Assembly (NCBI GenBank): GCA_964587725.1
Contig: CAZPLO010000001.1
Coordinates: 151,208 to 215,207 of the forward strand
Direction: 5' to 3'
Origin: an uncultured archaeon
Lineage (GTDB): Archaea; Altiarchaeota; Altiarchaeia; IMC4; SCGC-AAA252-I15
DNA: 64,000 nucleotides
Shown here: positions 30,629 to 39,690 of the stretch, piece by piece
Layout: each line of letters begins with the position of its first letter
Position numbering within the stretch: the first letter of the stretch is position 1
Notes under the pieces: generated by a model
Told to the model about the DNA's origin: nothing
Seen by the model: the letters and a program-made list of their open reading frames with translations, nothing else
Databases searched by the model: none
Made by a program: the position numbers and the translations under genes

Positions 30629-31174
30629 ATGCAGAAGGTGGTGGGGGGCGGACAGCAGTATCCGCCGGTTCCGGAGCCGCGGTGGACCGGCGACAGGAAC
30701 ATCCCCGAGGTGGAGGATTTTCTGAAAGACAATTATTCTGCTCATTGGGGGAGGGCTTCCCGGCAGGTCGGGGGGATGATGCCCAACAGCGTAAAGGGCA
30801 TACTCGGCAGGGTCGCAGGCAACGTGGAGCGGATACTGGATTTGGAGCTGAGGGACGCGGACGCCACCGCGTTGAAGGCTACGACAGACGACCAGTGGTT
30901 CCAGGCCTTCAGCGACACAAACGATGTCCTTAAGACGTGGGGGGGAAGCCCCCAAGAGAAGGCCCAGGTTAGTGAAATCCAGAGGCACTGGAACAACGAA
31001 TTCAACGCCTTGTCAGGCGACGTCGCCGGCGGCGAAGGCGAGTACATGATAGAGCGGGCCATAGTAGTCCATGGCACCTGGAATGATTTAAGGGTGCTGG
31101 TCGCAGCCGGTAACGCGAACCGGTTCAGGTCGACGATGATTAACTCGGACATCGACCTGCCGGGGCCGAAGTAA
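30629..31174 (+). CDS. Hypothetical protein (orphan); start uncertain (30608 or 30629)
   Basis: ORF fills the gap; TAAATA box about 28 nt upstream of ATG 30629. Confidence 0.6.
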   Translation: MQKVVGGGQQYPPVPEPRWTGDRNIPEVEDFLKDNYSAHWGRASRQVGGMMPNSVKGILGRVAGNVERILDLELRDADATALKATTDDQWFQAFSDTNDVLKTWGGSPQEKAQVSEIQRHWNNEFNALSGDVAGGEGEYMIERAIVVHGTWNDLRVLVAAGNANRFRSTMINSDIDLPGPK

Positions 31175-31337
31175 AAACTATTCTTTCCTACCTGTCAGGC
31201 GGAGAACGCACTTCCAAGCCATCCGCACGGGGTCCCATCGTTTCCTCCCCCCGCAGTCCTCCGCAGGCTTCACCTTTTTCTCTAAAACCTCTGCCACGTG
31301 AAACACCTGAATAGAGTTGGGTGTTGGGGAATAAAAA

Positions 31338-31685
31338 CTAGTCCACGCAGGTTTCACACGGTTTTTTCCCGTCTGAAACTGCCTCGTCGCTGTTGTTGTA
31401 GCAGACGATGTTGGCCGGTGAAATCCGTTCAGCCCACTTGCACGTGCAATCGTGGAATAGTTCGCTGTTTCTGGACGCAACGTACTCGGTCCCGAACGGG
31501 CAGCCTAGCATTGCGCAGGGGTCGTCCGCGCACGGACATGGGGGGCATTCGTAGCAGACGCGCTCGTGGCCCACGCATTCCCCTGGGGAGTCAACCACCC
31601 ACCCGTCGCTGCACACGAACTTCTCCTTCACGGCCGCCTGGGACAGGCAGCCGGACAAAAGAAGCAGTAAAACCACCCAACGCAT
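31338..31685 (-). CDS. Small Cys-rich lipoprotein with Ada-type metal-binding domain
   Basis: Lipobox LLSGC; YVASRNSELFH..C.WA..I...N.V.Y....EA...GKKPC..C. Confidence 0.75.
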   Translation of the reverse strand: MRWVVLLLLLSGCLSQAAVKEKFVCSDGWVVDSPGECVGHERVCYECPPCPCADDPCAMLGCPFGTEYVASRNSELFHDCTCKWAERISPANIVCYNNSDEAVSDGKKPCETCVD

Positions 31686-31718
31686 GTTAAAAAACAAGCA
31701 GTCTGTAATTAAAATCCC

Positions 31719-32945
31719 ATGGACGTGCGAACATTCGGGTGCGCGGTCAACCAGGCCGACAGCGAAATCATAATGGGGCTGCTGCGCGAGCACGGCCTCG
31801 ACTGCAGCGTCACGGTGGTGAACACCTGCACGGTGAAGACACCCACAGAAAATAGGGTGCTGAAGCTACTGAGGAAGCTTAGGGACGACGGGATGACCGT
31901 GGTTGTCGCCGGGTGCCTGCCGGCTGCAAGGCCGTCGGTAGTCGACGAGTTCCCGGGGTTCAGCTTCATCGGCGTCAACACACAGGACATCGTGGAGGCC
32001 GTGTCGGCCGCCAGCAGGGGTGAAAGGTACGTGAAGGTTGTGGGGTCGGATGACAAGTCGTGCATGCCACGGGTGAAGTTGAACGACGTCGTGGGCATAC
32101 TGCCGATAGCCGAAGGTTGTTTGGGGGGGTGCAGCTACTGCCAGACCAGACTGGCTAGGGGAGGGCTCAGCTCGTATCCGCTGGAGAAGCTGGTTGCGGA
32201 GGCGGAGTCCATGCTCCGATGCGGAGTGAATGAGATATGGGTTACGGCGCAGGACACCGGCGCATACGGACTGGACGTAGGCTCCAGCCTGCCCGATCTA
32301 CTGCAGGAGCTGACATCCTTGGAGGGGGACTTCAGGGTACGGGTGGGGATGATGAACCCAGACCACGCCCGCAGCATGCTCGACGAGCTGGTGGACGCGT
32401 TCGGCAGCGAGAGAGTATACAAATTCGCGCACCTGCCGGTGCAGAGCGGAGACGACGGCGTGCTGAAAGACATGAACCGGCGATACACTGTGGAGGAGTT
32501 CAATGAGGTGGTAGAAGGATTCAGGCGGTTGAACACTACAATTTCCACCGACGTCATCGTGGGGTATCCGACGGAAGACGAGGACGCATTCCAGCATACG
32601 GTGGAGCTGGTGGGTGAAGTGAAACCGGATGTATTGAACATATCACGCTACTGGAGGCGGCCCGGTACGGAGGCCGCTGAACTGAAGGGGCACCCCGGCA
32701 GGGAGACGAAACGAAGGAGCAGGATAATGAACAGGGTGTTTGAAAAAGTCGGTTCAGAAGTGAACCGGGAGTGGATTGGGTGGCGCGGCAGGGCGCTGGT
32801 GTCCGAAGCCAACAGAGACGGCACCCGCACGGCTCGAAACGACTTCTACAAGCCGATTGTCGTGGAAGGCGGAGAACTCGGGGAGTGGGTGGACGTGGAA
32901 GTAACCGACGCCACATACTACGACCTCCGCGCTAGTATCCTGTGA
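31719..32945 (+). CDS. tRNA methylthiotransferase (MiaB-like, archaeal MtaB type)
   Basis: TFGCAVN, VNTCTVK, AGCL, GCLGGCSYC, HLPVQSG, TDVIVGYP, C-terminal TRAM. Confidence 0.93.
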   Translation: MDVRTFGCAVNQADSEIIMGLLREHGLDCSVTVVNTCTVKTPTENRVLKLLRKLRDDGMTVVVAGCLPAARPSVVDEFPGFSFIGVNTQDIVEAVSAASRGERYVKVVGSDDKSCMPRVKLNDVVGILPIAEGCLGGCSYCQTRLARGGLSSYPLEKLVAEAESMLRCGVNEIWVTAQDTGAYGLDVGSSLPDLLQELTSLEGDFRVRVGMMNPDHARSMLDELVDAFGSERVYKFAHLPVQSGDDGVLKDMNRRYTVEEFNEVVEGFRRLNTTISTDVIVGYPTEDEDAFQHTVELVGEVKPDVLNISRYWRRPGTEAAELKGHPGRETKRRSRIMNRVFEKVGSEVNREWIGWRGRALVSEANRDGTRTARNDFYKPIVVEGGELGEWVDVEVTDATYYDLRASIL

Positions 32946-33618
32946 AGTTCTCCAGCTTGATTTTGTCTTCCGGAACATTCAATCCATCCAGTATGTCCTT
33001 CATGGCCTCGCTCATCTTCGGCGGCCCGCAGACGTAGAAGACGCGGTCGGTGAAATCAGATATCTCCGACTGCACGACGTCCTTGGTTATGTAGCCCGTG
33101 TGCCCGTCCCATTCGCCCTTGGGTTTTTCCAGTACGTGGGTTAAGCGGAAGTTTCCATTATCCTCGCCCCAACCGTCCAGCTCCTCCCTGAAGGGTATGT
33201 TGTGTTCGTCGCGGTTCCCGTACAACAATACGATGTCGCAGTCCAAACCTTCGTCCAACACGTACTTGGTTATGCTGCGTATGGGGGTTATGCCTATGCC
33301 TCCGGTGAGGAACGCCATCTTCTGTTCGCCGCCGTATGTGAATTCGCCGCGGGGGCCCCGCAGCTCCACCGTTTCGCCAGTCTTCAGCGCATCCAACGCG
33401 TTCTTGAAGTCCGAACCCGTCATCCTGGTCGTGAACTCCAGGTTTTCCTCGGTGGGGGAGGTGCTGAACGAGAAATGCTTCATCAGGTTGTCGTTCAACC
33501 GGATGAAGAAGAACTGACCCGCATCGTAGTCGAATCCTTCCGGGCGGGTGAACCGGAAGCTCTTGACATCGCCTGCCCTGCCTACTTTCTCCAGCAGTTC
33601 CACGCCGTAGGACTCCAT
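32932..33618 (-). CDS. FNR-family FAD/NAD(P)-binding oxidoreductase
   Basis: KHFSFST, GPRGEF, GGIGITP, YVCGPP, ENF. Confidence 0.9.
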   Translation of the reverse strand: MESYGVELLEKVGRAGDVKSFRFTRPEGFDYDAGQFFFIRLNDNLMKHFSFSTSPTEENLEFTTRMTGSDFKNALDALKTGETVELRGPRGEFTYGGEQKMAFLTGGIGITPIRSITKYVLDEGLDCDIVLLYGNRDEHNIPFREELDGWGEDNGNFRLTHVLEKPKGEWDGHTGYITKDVVQSEISDFTDRVFYVCGPPKMSEAMKDILDGLNVPEDKIKLENFTGY

Positions 33619-33648
33619 CGTCACACACTGTGTGCGAGGGTATAAAAG

Positions 33649-34638
33649 CTATTCGACGCGGAAGTCCACGCAGAATCGGTTCACATCGGGGTTGTAGCTG
33701 CCGCACAACACGGTATCCAGTATCACCGGCCTGCGGCCGAAGCCGCCCAACTCCTCAGCCAGTTCCCCGGTGGCCTCCAACGTGTTGGCTGCGAACGTGT
33801 AATAGTGGATAATCCCATTCTCGTTCAGCGCTGCGACCGCGACGTCCAAGAAGCTGCTGGCCTGCTTGGGCAGCGGCATTACTATGCGGTCGAATTTCCC
33901 GAGCTCGGGCACCACCTCACGGACATCGCCTTCATAGACGTCGACGTCGACCTTGTTCCTCAGCACATTCCACCGCATGTACTCGACGGCCGCGGGGTTC
34001 AGTTCCACTGCGGAGACGCCGGCGCCGTGTTTGGCTGCGAGCACCGCGTACGGTCCGACGCCCGCGAACATCACCAGCACCCGCTCCCCCTTTCCAATTT
34101 GGTCGGAGACGCGTTTTCTTTCTGAACCGAGGCGGGGGCTGAAGTAACACGATGCGATGTCGAGTTTATAGAAGCAGCCGTGCTCTCGATGAATTGTTTC
34201 AGTCCGGCCTTCACCCGCGACGACTTCAACCTCGGGGACCCGGTATTCTCCAGAGACCATGCCGGTCTTCAACGCCACCACCTTCACATGGGGGAACGTC
34301 TTCAGTAAAGCGTCACCCACCATCTCCTTCCTGTCCAGTATTCTCTCATCCAAGTCCAGCACCGCGATGTCCCCTACTATGTCGAATGAAGAAGGCACCA
34401 TGGAAAGCGCGTCAGCCGACAGCACACCCTCCAACGCCTCCCTGAGGGAGGTGGGTTTCTTCTCCTTAACCCTTCCCTGTCGTTCGACGACCTCGCCGTA
34501 GTCTGGCTCCGCTGATACAGGGAAAAGGACGTAGCCGTCTTCGTGCTCAACCTCCGTGTCCTCATCCAGTAATCCGTCGGCTATCAGCTTCCGCAGCACC
34601 GACTCCGCCTCACGCCCCGGAATCCTTACGAACTTCAT
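33649..34638 (-). CDS. trm5: tRNA m1G37 methyltransferase, Trm5/Taw2 family
   Basis: FDIVGDIA, YFSPRL, MFAGVGPY, ELNP, DRIVMPLP. Confidence 0.88.
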   Translation of the reverse strand: MKFVRIPGREAESVLRKLIADGLLDEDTEVEHEDGYVLFPVSAEPDYGEVVERQGRVKEKKPTSLREALEGVLSADALSMVPSSFDIVGDIAVLDLDERILDRKEMVGDALLKTFPHVKVVALKTGMVSGEYRVPEVEVVAGEGRTETIHREHGCFYKLDIASCYFSPRLGSERKRVSDQIGKGERVLVMFAGVGPYAVLAAKHGAGVSAVELNPAAVEYMRWNVLRNKVDVDVYEGDVREVVPELGKFDRIVMPLPKQASSFLDVAVAALNENGIIHYYTFAANTLEATGELAEELGGFGRRPVILDTVLCGSYNPDVNRFCVDFRVE

Positions 34639-34979
34639 AGCATCCTCCGGGAAACATGCGCTCCCAAGAGTGAGCCTGTGAAGTCAGCCAGCACGTCCAC
34701 GAACGACGCGTCCCTGCCTGCGACAAACAGCTGGTGGACTTCGTCGGAGACGCCGTAGAGCGACGCCAGCAGGACCGCCGGATAGAATCCGGCGTAGGGA
34801 AACAGCAGGAAACCGAGGACCGCGTACTCCAGCAAATGAATCATGGGCGTGTATGCGCTGACGTCACCGGGCAGCCCCCCCTGTGGGATGGAGGATGAGG
34901 CGAATATCAAGGCTGTGTAAGCTATTATGAGCGCCAGGTTAAGCCTGCGGCGTGTCTTCAGATACGAAACGGGGTTCAT
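34635..34979 (-). CDS. VanZ-like membrane protein
   Basis: HLLEYAVLG, YGVSDEVHQLFVAGRDAS..DVLAD. Confidence 0.88.
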   Translation of the reverse strand: MNPVSYLKTRRRLNLALIIAYTALIFASSSIPQGGLPGDVSAYTPMIHLLEYAVLGFLLFPYAGFYPAVLLASLYGVSDEVHQLFVAGRDASFVDVLADFTGSLLGAHVSRRML

Positions 34980-35386
34980 TGTTTCTTTATCAGGTCCACG
35001 ATGATGGTGGTGCTGTGTAAGCCGGACTCCCAGTAATCCTTTATCCTGACCACCTTGGTGTCGAGGCCGCGGGAGCACAGCCCGGACTCGACTTCGCGTT
35101 CGTCGAAGTCCTGGTCCGGACCCAACGTGAGGACGTCAGGTTTCAGCTCAACCACGGTCTCATACATGTCCTCGCCGCCCAACACGGCGTCGTCTACTGG
35201 TTTAAGCGACTTAACCATGTGTAGGCGCTGCTCCTCCGAGATAGCGGGCCTCCTCTTGCGTTCGCGGGCGGTCTCATCCCGCGCAACAACCACTACAAGA
35301 CGGTCTCCGAGCTTCCTCGACTCCTCCAGGTATTTCAGATGGCCTGGATGCAGTATCTCGAACACGCCAGTGGCAACAACCAGCAT
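34976..35386 (-). CDS. ribL: FAD synthase (cytidylyltransferase-like)
   Basis: ATGVFEILHPGH, VVVARD, KPVDDAVLG, LGPDQ, STT. Confidence 0.85.
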   Translation of the reverse strand: MLVVATGVFEILHPGHLKYLEESRKLGDRLVVVVARDETARERKRRPAISEEQRLHMVKSLKPVDDAVLGGEDMYETVVELKPDVLTLGPDQDFDEREVESGLCSRGLDTKVVRIKDYWESGLHSTTIIVDLIKKQ

Positions 35387-35426
35387 TTATAGCACCGAAG
35401 TATTATATGTTACCCCAGGTTATAAG

Positions 35427-35846
35427 ATGAACTTCAGCATAACCTTCAGGAACCTAGACGCCCGCAGGGTTGGGGTCACCACAGGCCAGGTGAACATAAA
35501 CAACAACAGCACCATAACGTCGGTCCAGGAGGTGGACGGGCGGCTCAGCATAGGTTTCGCGTTCAGCTGCAACTACGAACCCAACATCGGCCTCGTCCGC
35601 GTCGAAGGCGAAGTGATGGTCGACGACAGCAAGGAGAAGGTGGAGAAGGCGGTGGATGAGTGGAACAACAGCGGCCGCAAGAAGCTGCCGAAGGAGATTG
35701 CTGAGAAAGTACACAACGTCATACTGAGCAACTGCATCATAGAGGCCAGCATACTCGCGAGGGATGTGAAATTGCCGGCGCCCGTGCCCATGCCGAAGGT
35801 GAACCTGGAACGCGACACCGAAGCTGACACCAGCTACATCAGATAA
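35427..35846 (+). CDS. Conserved archaeal hypothetical protein
   Basis: MNFSITFR..NINNNS..F.C.Y.P..G...EG..ARDVKLPAPVP; one base from aIF6. Confidence 0.75.
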   Translation: MNFSITFRNLDARRVGVTTGQVNINNNSTITSVQEVDGRLSIGFAFSCNYEPNIGLVRVEGEVMVDDSKEKVEKAVDEWNNSGRKKLPKEIAEKVHNVILSNCIIEASILARDVKLPAPVPMPKVNLERDTEADTSYIR

Positions 35847-35847
35847 A

Positions 35848-36501
35848 ATGCACGTCAGCCAAGTAAACGTACACGGGGAGGAGTTCGTCGGCCTCATGGG
35901 CCTCGCCACAAACAGGTACGCGGTTTTGGCGCCCGACTTCACAGGCGAGGAAGTCTTGGATGTTCCTGTGCTGAAGGCGAAGGTGTACGGAACCAACCTG
36001 GTGGGGATGTTCTGCGCGGGAAACAGCAACGGACTATTGGTGCCGTATTTCACGTCAGACCATGAAGTGGGGGAGCTGGAGAAATTCTGCAGCCAACACG
36101 GCGCGGAGGTCGCAAGGCTGGGGGGCAAATACACGGCGCTGGGAAACCTCATAGCATGCAACGACCGCGGCGCATACGTCAGCCGCCACATAAGAGACCT
36201 GGACACCATACGGGACACGCTCGGCGTTGAGGTGACGGTGGGGGACGTCGGCGGCCACAGCGAAGTCGGAGCCCACCTGCTGGCAACCAACAAAGGATTC
36301 ATAGCCCACCCCGACGCGGAAGACAGACTAGACGAACTCAAGGACGTGTTCGGCGCCGCAGGCATGGTGGGGACCGTGAACTTCGGCGTACCCTACGTGA
36401 AGGCGGGGTTGATAGCCAACAGCAGAGGATACATCACCGGCACACGCACAACGGGGATAGAGCTGCAGAGGATAGACGATGCGCTAGGGTTCATGGACTG
36501 A
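35848..36501 (+). CDS. eif6: Translation initiation factor 6 (aIF6)
   Basis: LVGMFCAGNSNG, ALGNLIACND, GTVNFG, ANSRG, TTGIEL. Confidence 0.95.
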   Translation: MHVSQVNVHGEEFVGLMGLATNRYAVLAPDFTGEEVLDVPVLKAKVYGTNLVGMFCAGNSNGLLVPYFTSDHEVGELEKFCSQHGAEVARLGGKYTALGNLIACNDRGAYVSRHIRDLDTIRDTLGVEVTVGDVGGHSEVGAHLLATNKGFIAHPDAEDRLDELKDVFGAAGMVGTVNFGVPYVKAGLIANSRGYITGTRTTGIELQRIDDALGFMD

Positions 36502-36994
36502 CGCCTTTCGCCAGCTCCTTGACCCGGTATACGCCGTCTATGCGGCTTATCACTTTCACGGAACCCACGGGCAGGAGCTCCGCCCAGTCCTCGTCCTCCA
36601 GCATCCGCCTCCGCACCTCGGTGGCCGAGTATTTTTCGCGGTCGTAGAACGGGACTGAATCCACCTCCAACCCGGCTTCCTCGAAGATTCTGCGCTCGTT
36701 GTCGCTGTTGGTGAGCAGAGCCTCAAACCCTAGGTTGCCTTTAATCCACTCCACCCATTCACGGTCGTCTCCGAAGTCGGGTATCCGCTTTATCTCATAA
36801 GGGGTGTCGAGGGACAATGACTCCTTAATCATCTCCTCCCGTTCCTCGGCCGTGAACGGGTTCTCCCACTCCATGCTCTTGTTGCAGCTCCCCAACCCAA
36901 CAACCAGGTAATTCGACTTTTCCGACGCATACTCTATCATTTTAACGTGCCCTACGTGCAGCGGCTGAAAACGACCTATGACAAGCGAACGCAT
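36491..36994 (-). CDS. nadM: Nicotinamide-nucleotide adenylyltransferase
   Basis: IGRFQPLHVGH, ENPFTAEER, YSATEVRRRM, W.ELLP. Confidence 0.93.
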   Translation of the reverse strand: MRSLVIGRFQPLHVGHVKMIEYASEKSNYLVVGLGSCNKSMEWENPFTAEEREEMIKESLSLDTPYEIKRIPDFGDDREWVEWIKGNLGFEALLTNSDNERRIFEEAGLEVDSVPFYDREKYSATEVRRRMLEDEDWAELLPVGSVKVISRIDGVYRVKELAKGVSP

Positions 36995-37024
36995 GTTAAT
37001 TATCCGCAAACATAATATAATACC

Positions 37025-38551
37025 ATGGTCGTAGGCCAGGTCATAGGCTCCACCACCCTGAGGAACTTCAAATTCGTCATAAAAGAGGGGGAGGAGGAAA
37101 AAGTAAAGCGGGACGAGTTCGTCATCGTGGAAGAGGCCGTCACAGGCAAGGCCGTGCTGGGTGTGGTGAAGGACATCATCATCTCCAACGAGCTATTGCC
37201 GGACGAGTTCGGACGCGACCTCCGGCTCGCGGACATAATACTGAAGGAGGGCGAGTACCCGGTGCCCATCGTGAAGGTGCTGGGCATAGAAACCGACGAA
37301 GGACTGGAGATTCCACGCCACGGAATCAAACCCGGCGCGGGCGTTCAACTGGCGCCCGACGAATTGTTGGACAGGATACTGCAGCAGGACCCTGCGAGAG
37401 GCGCGTACGTTGGGACGCTGTCGACGAGGGACACGGTGAGGATATATGTGAACGTGAACGAGCTTGTTTCAAGACATTGCGCTGTGTTGGCGATGACGGG
37501 GGCGGGGAAAAGCTACAGCGTAGGCGTGCTCGTTGAGGAACTGATGAAGAAAGGCGGGGCAGTGGTCATATTCGACCTCCACGGAGAGTTTCGTAACATG
37601 GAGTTCGAAGACTCTGCGTCCATAGTGTACGACGTGGAGGGAGAGAACAGAATCAAAGTCGACGTTGGTTCATTGCATGCTGGGGACTTCATGAACCTTA
37701 TGCCTGATTTAACAACCACCCAACGGGATTTGCTGGATGAGGTGCTGAGTCTCGCGGACCGGTTCTACGACAAATACGATCTGGAAACCCTCCACCGCGT
37801 GCTGGAGATAATATACGACATCAAGAAGGGCGAGAAGAAGGGCGACGAAAGCCAGCTGTTCCCCAGCAACGTGCTCAAAAGCATCACCAAGAAAGTCGGC
37901 ATCTCCACCGTCGGCGCGCTGATGCGGAGGATAAGACGGCTGGAGCGGATGGGGGTTTTTTCGGTGGAGGGGACGAAGCTGACGGACATCGTGAAACCCA
38001 ACCAGCTCACCGTAATAAACTTGTCGGAGGCTGAGGAGAGGGTGAGCGAAATCATCGTCGCCGCAATCGCGCGCGGCATATTCGACGGCCGGAAGAAGTA
38101 CATGCGCGGCGAAGACGGCTCCGGCATACCCGTGCCGGCGTTCATGATACTGGAGGAGGCCCACAACTTCGCGCCGCGGTCGGTGGAAGGAGACTACTCC
38201 CCGTCGAGGACTATTTTGAAGAAGATAGCGCGGGAAGGCAGGAAATTCGGCGTCGGCCTGTGCGTGGTGAGCCAGCGGCCGAACAAACTGGACGCCGACG
38301 TATTGAGCCAGTGCAACACCCAGATTATCATGAAGATTGTGAACCCCAGCGACCAGGAGTATATTAGGCAGAGCGTAGAAACAGTAACAGAAGACATCGT
38401 AAGAGACCTCCCCAGCCTCTCGCGGGGGGAGGCGATTATCGTGGGGTCCGCCATCAAGCTGCCGGTGCCGGTGAAGATACGGGAGCGGAAGACGCGGATA
38501 AGCGGCGAAGACGTCGACATCGTAGGCGAGTGGAGGAAGAATGGAGAATAG
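37025..38551 (+). CDS. herA: HerA-family helicase/ATPase with HAS barrel
   Basis: N-terminal HAS barrel, RHCAVLAMTGAGKS, EEAHNF, IAREGRKFG, SQRP. Confidence 0.88.
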   Translation: MVVGQVIGSTTLRNFKFVIKEGEEEKVKRDEFVIVEEAVTGKAVLGVVKDIIISNELLPDEFGRDLRLADIILKEGEYPVPIVKVLGIETDEGLEIPRHGIKPGAGVQLAPDELLDRILQQDPARGAYVGTLSTRDTVRIYVNVNELVSRHCAVLAMTGAGKSYSVGVLVEELMKKGGAVVIFDLHGEFRNMEFEDSASIVYDVEGENRIKVDVGSLHAGDFMNLMPDLTTTQRDLLDEVLSLADRFYDKYDLETLHRVLEIIYDIKKGEKKGDESQLFPSNVLKSITKKVGISTVGALMRRIRRLERMGVFSVEGTKLTDIVKPNQLTVINLSEAEERVSEIIVAAIARGIFDGRKKYMRGEDGSGIPVPAFMILEEAHNFAPRSVEGDYSPSRTILKKIAREGRKFGVGLCVVSQRPNKLDADVLSQCNTQIIMKIVNPSDQEYIRQSVETVTEDIVRDLPSLSRGEAIIVGSAIKLPVPVKIRERKTRISGEDVDIVGEWRKNGE

Positions 38552-38563
38552 GGGGCGGCAAGA

Positions 38564-38809
38564 ATGAGCGAGTTGGAGAAGCTGCGGGACAGGATTGACG
38601 AAATCGACTCCAAGGTAGTGGCGTATTTGAACGAGCGGGTTGAAGTTGCAAAACAGGTGGGGGAGTACAAGCGGGAGAAGGGCTTGGACATCAAAGACGA
38701 GGGCCGGGAGGAGGGGGTGTTGGAGAAGGTGAAGTCCAAGACCGTCCACAAGGAATTCATGGAAGAATTATACAAAAAAATAATAGGTTACTGCAGGGAG
38801 AATGAGTAA
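38564..38809 (+). CDS. Chorismate mutase (AroQ class)
   Basis: LEKLRDRIDEID, LNER, VGEYK, D.GRE. Confidence 0.9.
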   Translation: MSELEKLRDRIDEIDSKVVAYLNERVEVAKQVGEYKREKGLDIKDEGREEGVLEKVKSKTVHKEFMEELYKKIIGYCRENE

Positions 38810-39575
38810 AGTAGCCGTGTTAGGACCGGAGGGCACGTTCACCGCGGAGGCAGGGAAGAAAATATACCCCGAAGCCGATTTGGAGTACATGGGTGACGTA
38901 GAGGAAGTATTCAAGTACGTGGCCTCCGGCGGTGAAGGCGTGGTAGCGGTGGAGAACTCGCTGGAGGGAAGCGTGGGCAAGACACTGGAGTGTCTGATGA
39001 ACTACGACGTCAGCATAGTGGGGGAGGCTACGCTGGACATCAGCCTGTGCCTGATGAAAAAACATGGGGGGGTGAAGACGGTGATGTCCCACCCGCACGC
39101 GCTCGCCCAGTGCAAAAAGTATCTGAAGGAAAACTATCCGAAGGCCAGGATGCAGGCTGCGGACAGCACCGCCGCGGCAATGAATAAGGCGTCGGAGTCG
39201 GACGGCGTGGCGGCGGTCGGACCCAGGTATGCGGCTGAAAAATACGGGCTGGATGTGGTTGACGAAGGCATCGAAGACGACCCCAGCCAGACACGGTTCA
39301 TAGCCGTTTCGAAAAAACAGGTGTGGGGCTCCAAGACGTCTGTGATTTTCGCGCTGAAGGACGAGCCCGGCGCACTGTATTCCGCGTTGAAGGTGTTCTC
39401 AGACAACGGCATAAACCTCACCAAGATAGAGAGCAGGCCGTCGAGGAGAAAGTTGGGGGAGTACATATTCTACATAGACTTCGAAAACAACGGCCTCGAC
39501 CAGAAAGGTGTGGAGGGGCTTCTGGACAGGATAAGGGAACGCACCACCTTCCTGAAGAACCTCGGCTCATACTAA
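38802..39575 (+). CDS. pheA: Prephenate dehydratase
   Basis: LGPEGTF, ENSLEGSV, SHPHALAQC, TRF, ACT domain INLTKIESRP. Confidence 0.95.
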   Translation: MSKVAVLGPEGTFTAEAGKKIYPEADLEYMGDVEEVFKYVASGGEGVVAVENSLEGSVGKTLECLMNYDVSIVGEATLDISLCLMKKHGGVKTVMSHPHALAQCKKYLKENYPKARMQAADSTAAAMNKASESDGVAAVGPRYAAEKYGLDVVDEGIEDDPSQTRFIAVSKKQVWGSKTSVIFALKDEPGALYSALKVFSDNGINLTKIESRPSRRKLGEYIFYIDFENNGLDQKGVEGLLDRIRERTTFLKNLGSY

Positions 39576-39588
39576 AAAATAATTATAA

Positions 39589-39612
39589 TTTTTTCAAAAT
39601 AGTTTGAAAAAA
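39589..39612. repeat. AT-rich inverted repeat TTTTTTCAAA-ATAG-TTTGAAAAAA (terminator or operator)
   Basis: 10-bp perfect arms between the pheA stop and the hef promoter. Confidence 0.45.
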
Positions 39613-39690
39613 GCATAAATTATTTATAAAATATGTTTTCGCCTGCTCTGTGGGGAATGAATTTAACCAGGCGTCCATTATAGTTTAGCG

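Noticed and set aside
31178-31300. Possible ~39-aa minus-strand ORF (VAEVLEKKVKPAEDCGG...)
   Set aside because: GTG start, no recognisable features; cannot be supported
36491-38551. HerA beside an NAD-synthesis gene as a possible Sir2-HerA-like defence or NAD-repair system
   Set aside because: Both look like standard archaeal housekeeping proteins; no Sir2, nuclease or other defence gene is adjacent, and nurA/mre11/rad50 may simply be elsewhere
38564-39575. Chorismate mutase and prephenate dehydratase as a frameshifted P-protein
   Set aside because: Each has its own start and a complete domain; an 8-nt overlap is ordinary translational coupling
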